Below, in pieces: positions 53,328-64,000 of a stretch of DNA of 64,000 bases (position 1 is its first letter; the number at the start of each line of letters is the position of its first letter). Below the pieces are notes generated by a model that saw only the letters and a list, made by a program, of their open reading frames with translations, had not been told where the DNA came from and made no database searches. A program made the translations under genes and the position numbers. Source of the stretch: Takakia lepidozioides (lineage: Eukaryota; Plantae; Bryophyta). The DNA lies in the NCBI GenBank assembly GCA_030704615.1, contig CM060732.1, forward strand, positions 26,226,001 to 26,290,000. Reading direction: 5' to 3'.

Positions 53328-54381
53328 CGTGAGTGGGATGTGTATGATAGAAATAGGGTTCCTTTGAGACAAGGATCGCATAGAGGGGCATTGTAGATAT
53401 TCTCATGATGTACTTTGTATACATCCGATCAATCGATTGATGTAAATTTTTTTTTTGTTGCTCGTGTGGGTTGCAACTTTGCATATGTGATCTAAACATA
53501 CTTATGCACATGTGGACCAAATATGAGCTTGAACCAAGTTCATTCAATGGGTCATTCTAGTGTTGAACGCAGCTACGTGTCGTAGAGACGGAAAATTGCG
53601 TTTCGCCTGCACGTGTTTTTTTTTTTATTCCATTTTTAAACCATATACTTAATGATAGCATATGCAATGTGTGTGCAAAATTTGGGAGTAAACAAAAGTA
53701 ATTTGGACCCATAACCAGATTTTGTTCTCTCATGTGCACTCCAAAGTTGAGTTATCTTCAACTTCATGCATTCTTTGTAGATAGTTCTGCAAAAGTGACC
53801 CTAGAAACACACTTATTTTTTTTCCATTTTTTTTTTGTCCAATTTTTGCTTGGATGTAGTGGTGCAAAGCCCGATGTCACAAAACAAAATAGAGCTAAAA
53901 ATAAAATCATTACGGCCCCTCAAAACCGCAATCATATATTTTCTAAATGCAAATATTTAGTTTAAATTCATTTAAATTCGATTTAATTCAAAATTGGTGC
54001 AAGGGTGAGTGCGTTGTTGGGGAGGCAAATGTTTTTTTTTTTTCCTTCGGGATCTTTGTATAGGATGCACAGTTGCACACATATTTAAGCACATGTAGGA
54101 AAAAATGAAGCTTGAGCCACATCCGTTTGTTGGGTGCAATGGCATGAGAGGATTTTCTTTCACATTAAACACAAAATTGGTTGATAGGGTGAATGCGTCA
54201 TTGGGGGGGGGGGGGGCAAATGATTTTGTTTGGGCTTGAAACTTTGCATGCGTGTACGTTGCGCACATACATGTAATTATTGAATGACATATTTGATGCG
54301 CGCACACATTGAAGGTTGTTGTTTGCATTTCGCTTATAATGAGTTGTATGGTTACAAGGACACATTATAATATATGTCTCT

Positions 54382-55545
54382 ATGTTCATTTGTTCGTATC
54401 AGGACTTTGTCCATCCCTTCCCGGTCCTTTCTCTTGGCACCCCATCCGAAAACAACCCAAGTACATCAGGCGGGAGCTGTGGGCGAGACGCCGCCTCCAC
54501 GGTACCGGACGATGATGACGATGACAGTGACATTGACAACAACAATGAGCATGGAATTAACCAGGAGGATGTGCAAGCCATGGAGGATTTCTTAATGCAT
54601 CATGTGGGCGCTGATGCATCCCATGGAGAGGAAACCCGGCCAATCGATGATCCTGAAATGGCCCCTTCAAATGACATGGAGAGGGAGGCGAGAATTCCCT
54701 TGTACAAAGGGGCGAAAGTGAGTCGATTTTCAACAATCTTATTTTTGCTCAATCTTCAAATTCGATTTGACATAAGTAATGTTGGGATGTCTGCCATAAT
54801 GCGAACTATTGCAGACTATATCCTTGCTCCACACTTGAAACCCAAGATGTCACAGTCGCGGAAAGATGCGCGCGAAGTCTTGGACTCTATGGGGATGGAC
54901 TATAAGATTTTTTATGCATGTCCATGTGATAAAATCCTATACTATGGAGAGGATTCGCGTCTCACCAAGTGCCTTGAGTGCAAGAAAGACCGATATCGGG
55001 ATGATGTCAAAGGGAAAAAAGTACCACGCAAAGTATAAGCATCTCTAAACCCTAAACTTTGTGGAATACACTTTACATTCATTGAGAAGATTAAAGAAAG
55101 TAATTTACATTCATGCAAGATCTGATTGTGATTTTGGAAGGAGTGAGTGAGGAGTGGAAGGAGCGACGTTCGGTTTTGACTATTCACGCCCAAATGAGGG
55201 AGAGGCTGCATAAAGGGAAAGACATAAGGGTGTTGTATTATGTGTGATAATGTGATGATTACATGTGGGGGGCGTGGGGTATTTCATCCTAGAAAATGCA
55301 TTACTTTTCGATCATCCCGTGATTGAGGGCACAGTACCGAAGCCCCAAATTGGCCAGACTCATAAGATGGCACGCCTCGCATCGAAGCCCCCCGGAAAAG
55401 GTGTGCGGGCCACAAGATTCACAAGCATAGAGGCATATTGAAGAGATGTGGCCTTTTCTCTTGAAGGACCCACGACATGTCCACCTCGGCTTCTCCTCGG
55501 ATGGGGTCAACCCATTTTCTGTCCAGTCATGTAGTGAACTATAGA
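54382..55545 (+). pseudogene. CACTA transposase (Tnp2) N-terminal region, one intron (~55033-55292), truncated
   Basis: IPLYKG.KVSR, MGMDYKIFYACPCDKILY...CLECKKDRY...VPRK; then HYFSIIP*L...RWH...DSQA*RHI...DPRHVHLGFSSDGVNPF. Confidence 0.92.
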
Positions 55546-58500
55546 AGTATTTAGTTTGTCTGTCTGCAGGCTTTAGAGTGGATACCCATGCGAAACCAGG
55601 CGGAGGGGGATGCAAGAGAGGGAGTTCCAAGTGTATACCTTGACTGCTGTTTTCTTTTTACTTTTGCAGACCAAGACCATGAACTGTTGATTACTACCTC
55701 TGTGTGAGGAGAACCCCTCTGCAGTGAGATTCCAGGAGAAAACGGAAGAGATGAAAAGAATTGTTGAGGGGAAGGAAGGGAGGATGCAACTGTCCCAGCC
55801 TGGGAGCAGCCTTTGCATTGGGGGTTGGCCCTTAAGCATGAGGGTCCATACCTTTTTAGAGTCAGTAGCAGAGGTATGAAGAAGAAGAGGGGGGAGGAAG
55901 CACGAGAAGCCATGCTTACCGGGGGGGGGGGGAGGGGAATGAGTCCACCGTCTCCTCCGGGAGCAGGAAAGTAATGGAGTTGTCTGGAGCTGCATTTGTC
56001 GATGTATTGATGTGGTTATCCACCCGCACGACCAGCTCCTTGTGAGAGTTGGGTCCTTGAGTAGGGGATGATCCTTTCTGTTTTAGCAGACTGTAGTGCT
56101 CCTCCACCAAGTGTAGGCCTTCACCGAAGATTTTAATACTTTGGCTCATTCGGTAGGATTCTTCACCTGCAGGACAAGTATACTTTTTCCACCTGACAAG
56201 CCGTGAGCGCGCGCGGTCAAGGCGACGACATACTAGCCTAGTGGGGTCGTGGTAAGTCGCGGTGTAGGTTGGGCTCAAGGAACCGCCTACCCGGCTGCGG
56301 GGTTCGCGGACTGTAAACTATCGTTTCTAATTTCCTACCGGCAAAGAGGAGCTCAGATACTCCCATCTACAGGGCGATTTGCGTTTCCTAGTCCTACGTT
56401 TTGTTTATGGGTTTTCTACGTCTTTAATTGTAATTGCTTTCCAAGTCTTTGTTTATTACTACTTCCTACATGTCTGGATTCCCAACACGCTTATAGCCGG
56501 GACGAACCTTCAAATCCCTTCACAAAACGAATCCCGAGCCCAGGGAGACGGGGATCATCTATCTCCGCCCAATGCCCCCCCCTAAATCGTTTTCTACCTC
56601 TTAGGAAGGGACCGGATCCGTTTTCCCAAGTCAGTCTTTCCTGCTTAGAGCGGTCCAAGATTCAACCTCAATGGTCAGTCCATTTGTCGCGACCCTTTGC
56701 CTTGAGGGCAGGGGGTCGAGACACAGAGAGGCTGCCCCTGTGGTGGGGGCAGTGGCAGCGATAGGTATGGGGGGTTGAAGCACCTTTGAGTGCCCAAGGC
56801 ACTCAAGGAGGCGGAGGTGCACACTAGGTGGAGCCCTGCACACGGGGTTGCGGTGGGGGTGGCTCCACAAGGGGTGGTGGTAGCTTAGCGGGCTTAGTGG
56901 GGGTGACATAGGACTCACCATGGGACGGAGACCTTGGGGTGGGAGTCGTGGGGAGTCTTGGGACTCATCACGGTCCAATGGGGCCGTGGTGGGTGGGCCA
57001 AGACTCACCGCGACTCATCACCGGGAGTCAAGGGTCTTCGTGGTGGTTCGCCATAAAATGACATGGTTGTTTGTGAAACCCACGCGGACAGTCACAGAAG
57101 TATATATAGGGAGTAGTAACCCCGAGAACGGTGCAAGCCCGTTGGTGATCAAAAACTAGTGAGTGAGCGAGCGAGCGAGCCGGAAAGCGATCAAGGAGTG
57201 GGGAGCTATTCCGGACTGCCATCTACCAAAGGGAATTTCCACTAGGCCCAAATTGGTGGAGGGTCTTTTGGAGGAGCAAAGGGGGACCGTTATGTCCCGA
57301 CGAGCAGCCGAAGCTCCGAGTTGGCCCGGCGGCCAGTTTGGGAGTTAGGCGCGCGCATCAAGGCGAGTAACTATGACTCGAAGGGGAGCTTACCAAAGTG
57401 AGGTGCGCGACACCATCGGATGAATGATAACAAATCAAACCTCTAGGTAATTCCCGAGATCTAATAAAACAATGGCCGTTCATTGGCCCAAGGGGCCCCC
57501 CCAGCGGCCGGGTACTTGACTTCAAATATCCTCGGCGGAAGGGGGCGATACCTCCCTCAAAACTTCCGTTTTTCAGTTAACGAAGTCCGGATAAAATCCC
57601 TTATTAAAGGCGAATTACCATGCTGAATAATAAAGAACAAATCATTAAAACCTTCCTACAAATGCATGAAATTTGTAGAAATAGAGAATCATCGTCGGAT
57701 GCTGGAGCTAACTAAATAACCCTCAAGGTACCAGGGGAACACCCTGGGAACGCCCTTATGTCGGGAGCATTGGGGAACCGCTCTCCACTTGGGAGCGCCC
57801 CTAAATTCCTATACCAAACCAATCAATAACGCATTAGCAACTTAAACAATCACCGGGCCAGGATGAATGAAATCTGCTGCCCATCAGTTTCTCATCTGCT
57901 CGCCACCCTGGTGTGTAAACAATGATTAAACATTCAGTGGGTCCCAGGGTCCATTCCCTGCGCCTCTTCCACCTACTTCCAATATAATCTGATTAATTTA
58001 TGCAGACAACCAGCCTAGAACGAAGTTGAAACATGTCATCTTCTACCTTGTGAAACCCCCACCAGGGATTATCTCCTCCCTGTCTCTGGGCTCTCTCTCT
58101 CTGCCTGTGGCATCTACCCGTGAGCCGTGCTTTCCCAAGCCCCGGAATACATATCAAACTGATGACCTCACTGGGGCCTATCCAATGGTTCCAACCATTT
58201 CTTATCCTTTGCTAAAAACATGCCCTCATTCCCATGTAAGAAGAACACCATGAATAGTGCAAAAAAAATCAAAGGCATAGGGAGAAAACCCCCCTTAATA
58301 TACCCGTCCTAGGGACCAACAGTCCATGGCGGGGTCCGTTGTGATATCCAGCGGTTAAAACCGATACCCCGCGGCCAGCGCTACGTGGCGCGGCGTGACT
58401 GGCTCGCCGCCTGCGCGAGTCCAGTGGGTAATAGGCAGGCTCCGTCGTCTCTGCCACTCGTGTCGTACCTACGCGGGCCCAGCTATGGCGCCTGGTGCTG

Positions 58501-59831
58501 CCACGCAGTGTACCAGCAACCCGTACTTTGCTCCAAGGGTCAACTCCCCCCACGGAGGAAGGCCGCGCCACCCGTGTTAGATGCGCCTTTCCATGGCGAT
58601 TCTAGGCAACCTCCTTGGTTGATCTCCAGCCCAAAGGCGCCTCTGCCTTTTTGGCAGCTCTCTACAAAATAGCTTAACCACTTATAAAGCTAGTTAGCAA
58701 CGCCTCCCATGGTCCTCTATGGCCAGGGGGATTATGAACATAGATATGAACTTAACAATATGGAAATTTTGGCGATAGCTTCGTCGTCTCATGCAATATA
58801 GCCGTTGCCACTAAGCTAGAAAGGGAATTTGACAAGAGCTTCGCCACTTCATGCAAGCTCGCCCTCTCCTTAAACATAATAATGGACATCTACCCTCACT
58901 TCCATTTTTCGTCCACTGGAACGGATTTCATCCAGTAGATGAATTTCATCCAATAGGATGAATAATTGTTGATGTTGCCGCTGGATGGATGAAGTTCTCC
59001 GCTCATCCTCCAATTTTCCTTGAATAAATCTTTTTAAAATAGGTCATCGTGAGTGCTCCTTGCCTCGTAATTCGGTGCCGCTACAAACCTTAACCGAAAA
59101 TTCCCAAATTTTGTGGGTAATTTAGGTAAGGTCCTCTTGACGTCCCGGTAAATCCTTGGGCTAATCAAAGCCTTCTAACTCCATTTTGTTGACGTACTCT
59201 TTGCGTCTCGTCGCTCCGAAAGACGACAACTTCCGTGGAATATCAAACTTGGTGGTGCTTCTCCGGATTTTCGACCCTACCACTGACTCTCCGATTGCGG
59301 GAGGCATCTCCTTCTTAAAATGTTTCCACTTTTCCTAGTTTTGGCACCATAATGCCGAAACTACCTTCATAATGAATAAAACCATCGAAAAATAAATATA
59401 CACCTAAATATGCATCTACACCACCCAGAGCCAAGAATTTTTATTCCCTGTAGTGTCCAAGTCCCTACTATATAGAACCGGCAGAACATGCACAATAACA
59501 AGGTCGGGATGCAATACATTGTGCTCAATCATAATTCCAATGTGCTGAACATGAGAGAGGGAAAGGTTCAGCTTTGGAAAATACTCCTTGAGGACCTCGT
59601 GAGTGAGTGCCGATGTGATTTCTCTTTCTTTGCCCAGGCCAAATTCTTTGGCCACTGTTTCTGAAACCCAGACCATTTGAAAACCATCCTTGGCGCTTGG
59701 AAGGAAAAAATAGGTGTAGTCAGCAACGAAGGCATACAACAATGGTGTGACACAAATAACAGCTTTGTCCCTGGCGTAATCCATGCCTGGTGCCCAGCCT
59801 GTCAAGGGCCTTGTCTTGAATGAATGCAACT

Positions 59832-60572
59832 CACTACAAGAAAAGGGGGGCCTTTGCGACGCCCGGGCCACGCCGCAGCGTCGAGAAAACGCCCATTTCG
59901 GGCACGGGGCAGGCGCCGAATTTGCGACGCCCGGCCGTCGCCCGACAATCGCATGGGCGTCGCCAAAAAGACGTCGCAAAAATGTGACGTATGGGGATCG
60001 CGATCCCCCGCTCCAACTCCCGCGACTGCCGGACGTCACTTTTCGGGCCGTCCACGCCGATGGCAGGGGCCTCCTTCGAGCGATGTCTCGCCGTCACTGC
60101 CCTCCAGCCGACGGCATTGGTGGGGGCGACGGCAAGGCGTCACATCCCTTTTTTTTTTCTAACCTGCCCGGGAGTCCCATCCTAAAACCCACAAACATGT
60201 GGCGTAAGCCGGGTGGTACGCCAAGCGATGCCATTGCGTCGCTGCAAGCGACTATTGGGCGTGGCAAAAAAAAAAGCAGGCGCAGGAGTCGGGCTCCGCC
60301 ACGCCCGGGCACGGGTTTTCGCGATGCTTTGGCGTCGCTTGCTTTATATTGAATATAAATAAATAAAAGACGTGGCGCAGGCAGGGTGGCGGGATCCGCG
60401 ACGCCAGGGCATCGCGGCTTGCGACCCCCGGACCACAATACACGTCGCAGGGGGTGTCGGGCGTTGCCGCCCGCAAATGGGATTTGCTACGCCCGACCGT
60501 CGCGGATTGTGACCCCCGCCCAAAAAACAAGTCGCCAATTGCGACGTCCTATAGTCACGAGGCCAGCCTAGT

Positions 60573-60604
<32 letters not shown>

Positions 60605-62250
60605 TGATTTTGGGGGTGAATTGGGGGTGGTTTTTGTTTTTTGTCTGGTTTTGTTTTTGGGGATGAGAGACCTTACAGCTTCCATTTCTCTGATTTAGCA
60701 GGTACACAATTGAGCAAGCATGAATCGAGGGTGAGGACAGTGCGACACATGAATAAGATGGAAGATGGAAAGATGGAAATATATTCACAGGAAATGAGCT
60801 GAAAAGCTCACAAGGGTTTAGTAGGCTGACCCTGGGACCTACATGGACTAGGACTAGTCATCCTCATCATCATCCTCAGTGGAGGACTCAGAGCTATCCG
60901 ATGAGCCTGATAACTCCGCGCCCTTTGCCAGAGCACCTAAAGGAGGCGGCGTTCCCTAAGTCCCACAGAGCTCTCATCCAATCCCTGGCCATGACCCCCG
61001 CCCTCATCCATACTAGTGCCCTGTAGTGCACTCATCCCCTCCGTGTTGGCCATGTTCTTCATGAGGGATTGCCAACCATGCTCCTTGGCGTAGTTGTACT
61101 CTACCGGAGATGGCTTCATCTCAAACGCGCGTTGCTAAACATGCCACAAATTAAAGTCAGTTCTTCGCGATGATGGAGCCAGAAAGAAGACATAACAAAA
61201 TCCATAGGGAAGTACGACTTACAAATCGCAAGATAAAACCATTGGATCCGCTGGTGCCCCACTTGTGTGTGGATTCGTGCTTGTCAAGGCGGACTGTTGT
61301 TGCTTCGCATGCCCGCTCATATTTGGCCCTGTTTGCGGTATCATTCTCTCTCGCAATGAGTGCATCCCACGATACCTATGCCCCCCCCCCCCCCCCCAAA
61401 CAATTAGTGAATTACACACATACGTTGCATCGAATCCACCTCATTAATGCACATGCAACAAATGGAAGGTGAAATGATTCAGGATTTGCCAACCTGTGTA
61501 ATTCCATAAGGTGGTTTGGGTATGTCCCCCTTTTCCATTGCCCTCCAAATGATCTGTCTGGCACGGTACCTCATGTCCTTCAAGTTTCGCCCCACCATCT
61601 CCATCACCCTTGCGTCACTCCAATTGCCCGGAAACCAGCTGTCTAACTCACGGGCATACGCTCGCTTCACGCCAAAGTGCTGATCAGCCCACTCGATGTG
61701 CAAAGGGAACCACCTCATTGCGAGTTCAAAGGCTGGCTTCTTCATAGCCTCGCAGAACGCACCGCAGGGGTCACCATGGCGATTCACCTCCACCGGTGGT
61801 ACCACCATCTTTGCCAACTCCATGTCTTGTATCGCCAATGCTATGTTCTTCTTCCCACCCTCTCCCTTCTTTGTAGCCTCCTTCCCCTGCTCCTTTGTTA
61901 CCCCACTGCCCTCCCCCGCATCACACTCACCACTTCCTCTCCATGGGACTTCTTTTTCTTCTTCTTCTTTTCCTTCCCCGCTACTTCCTCTCTCTCCTTC
62001 TCCCTCTCCCTTCTCTCTCTCTCCTCGGCAGTCCCTTCATTGATGGTAAAAGGGATCTCGGAAGTCGAGGCCTCTTCTTCTTACCTTTGGTGTTCGGGTC
62101 CTTCATGAACACCACATGCTCTCCCTCATTGGCAACCCCACCGGACTGCACCAATGAGGCAAGCCATGTTGTTGCCTCCTGAAGACAAATAACCCCTCAA
62201 AATTCAAAAAAAAAAACAAACAACAAAGAAAATCATGCATGCAAATGAAG
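59832..62250 (-). mobile_element. CACTA element end with subterminal repeats and a probable ORF2 (TnpA-like) remnant on the minus strand
   Basis: CACTACAAGAAAA at 59832; dense GCGACG/CGTCGC repeats at 59855-60560; minus-strand exon-like ORFs 61479-61838 and 60937-61119. The ORF2 identity is inferred from position. Confidence 0.75.
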
Positions 62251-62404
62251 GGATAAAACATGGAACAAGGTACGATAGTTGTACCTTTGCAAGCTTGTTC
62301 GACTCGCCCCAGGTGATCCAGCTGATGGACCTCATCCATATAAATGAACCTATTTATTTTTTCATCTGGACCGGAAGAAAAAAGCAGCTTATGATGGCCA
62401 CAGA

Positions 62405-63820
62405 GAATTTTTTAATTACCCTTAATTATTATTAATTAAGGAGTGAAACCCTAACTCCTACCATATAATCTACTGTTTAAACCTAGCTAACGGATGACAT
62501 CCGTCGGGTTTTTGAGAGAAAGGGTATTGATTATTCATCCACCGGATGAAAAATCGGGCTCTGCCCTAGGGTGTCTCTCCCGCTGTCAGCTGCACTCCTC
62601 GTGTTGCTGAGCGCACGAGTTATGGCGTCTGAGCTCTGCTGCTACCCTGTCTGCTGCTTCATGCCGGACGAGCTCCTGGGGATGCGCAATGGCGGCGTCT
62701 TGTCTCTTCTCACAGGCGGGAGAACCCGCTGTGATGGCATCGTCCATTTCCCTCCTCTGGCTTTTATGTTTCGCAACGGCGCTTTGGTAGGGAAGTATAT
62801 CGCTCTCTCTCCCTTCTTAAACCTAGCATTTGTATGCTTCGCTTCTCCTTAGCTGTGCTGGAGGTGGCGTGTTGGTGGCGATGGCGCAGTGTTACCTTCC
62901 CCAATCGCTCAAGGTGCTTTTGGTGATTAGGGTTCCTTTTACTTCATATCTTTCTCTCTTGTTTTTGGGGTTCTTAGTTGACATCGATAACAAGTGTAGG
63001 GGTCTGTGATTCACCTGGGGTTCCACAATCCTCGCTAACCCATTGGTTTTTGTGGGGGCTTGTGATAGGACCAGGTGAGGATCCCTACCTGCTTTGAATT
63101 CTCTTGAGCTTGCAAATAAGGATGTTGTGCAAAAGGTACATACTGTTGCTGCCTGCAGCCCCGATTTCGGCCCGTTTGCTCCCGGTTTGACATGATGATG
63201 CTTGCTTTTGCTGCTGCTGATGGAGCATTTTGGCCTGGCAACCTTGTCTCATGCAACACATCATGTGAATCCTACCCTGTCTTGAATCTTTGACAGCTTT
63301 GCCTGTGGATTTTTAGACTAAGTATTTTTTTTGGCCTTAAAAGAGGATTGATGGTGTAAAGGTAAAGGCATCAGTGGCTGTTAGGCTCTAAGGATGAGGA
63401 GGTCTGGTTTTTTGTAAAAGAAGACAGCCTGGTAAGGCAATGACAGTCCATTTTCAGACCTGGATTTGTTGTTGAATGGAGCATAATGAGGTTCTATTTG
63501 CAAAACATGACAGTAGCCTCCTGTGAAACAGTGATGGTAAGCTCTAAAGGACTCTGGCCAGTGATTAGTTACTTTATTTTGCCATATGAACAGCCACCTG
63601 CATTGTATGATTTATCTTGGCCAAGTGGGCTTGGTCTTGGGCACTCAAATTGTATGTGTCCATATGTGGATGCTGTGACAGGGCAGACCTTTCTTCCATG
63701 CCAAAATGCCTTACATGATGCATATCTTGGGGCAACTGTACATGATGTAGAATGAAGTCGCAGTCAGTCTTGTCATGCCCAAAGTGATCACTTGGTTGCA
63801 TGATTGGAGTCTGATTTACT
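62405..63820 (-). repeat. Inverted, more diverged partial copy of the 2.7-kb repeat
   Basis: Reverse complement of ~47870-49310 (AAGGAGTGAAACCCTAAC...CTAGCTAACGGATGACATCCGT). Confidence 0.9.
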
Positions 63821-63876
63821 GCAGGTACATGGCCATCAAATCTTGGTTTATCCAAGGGCCTCTCCCCTCCCATCTA

Positions 63877-64000
63877 ATGAACATCTCTCTATGTTCGTGG
63901 AATGTGAGAGGCCTGGGATCTGACCACTCTGCCCCAAAAAGGACAAGGGTCAGAAACTGGGCCTCCAACTACATTCGAGGTGCCTCCATCCTCTTCCTGC
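63877..64000 (+). mobile_element. Start of a LINE ORF2 (APE endonuclease); runs off the window
   Basis: MNISLCSWNVRGLG...ILFL, with the ATG overlapping an upstream TAA (TAATG, 63875-63879). Confidence 0.85.

Noticed and set aside
57365-57379. GAGTAACTATGACTC, matching a conserved 28S rRNA segment near the R2/I-PpoI site
   Set aside because: Only 15 nt with no flanking rDNA similarity; treated as chance.
60569-60573. TAGTG as the right end of the 59832 CACTA element
   Set aside because: No extended TIR complement (TTTTCTTG) and no matching 3-bp TSD.

Overview
Eukaryotic, intron-rich, TE-dense land-plant genomic DNA. The TE repertoire suggests a non-seed plant, but that is inference. Three host genes are supported: a 14-exon peroxisomal 3-ketoacyl-CoA thiolase with a PTS2 signal (1095-5227, +), a long P-class PPR gene (~21191-25087, +), and a convergent 5-exon gene of unknown function (27639-30341, -). 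The rest is mostly nested, decayed mobile DNA: PIF/Harbinger (transposase plus Myb/SANT ORF), two chromodomain-bearing Ty3/gypsy elements, a structurally complete piggyBac (TTAA TSD, 15-bp perfect TIRs), L1-like and RTE-X/L2-like LINE pieces, several CACTA (En/Spm) pieces, and an unclassified ~2.7-kb repeat family present in tandem and inverted copies. The most notable observations are (i) a SET-domain lysine methyltransferase ORF in CACTA context just upstream of the transposase, (ii) a LINE family with no poly(A) tail whose copies sit at CT/(CT)n sites, two of them forming a fold-back upstream of the PPR gene, and (iii) a full-length piggyBac in a plant genome. All calls come from reading motifs by eye; no database searches were run.
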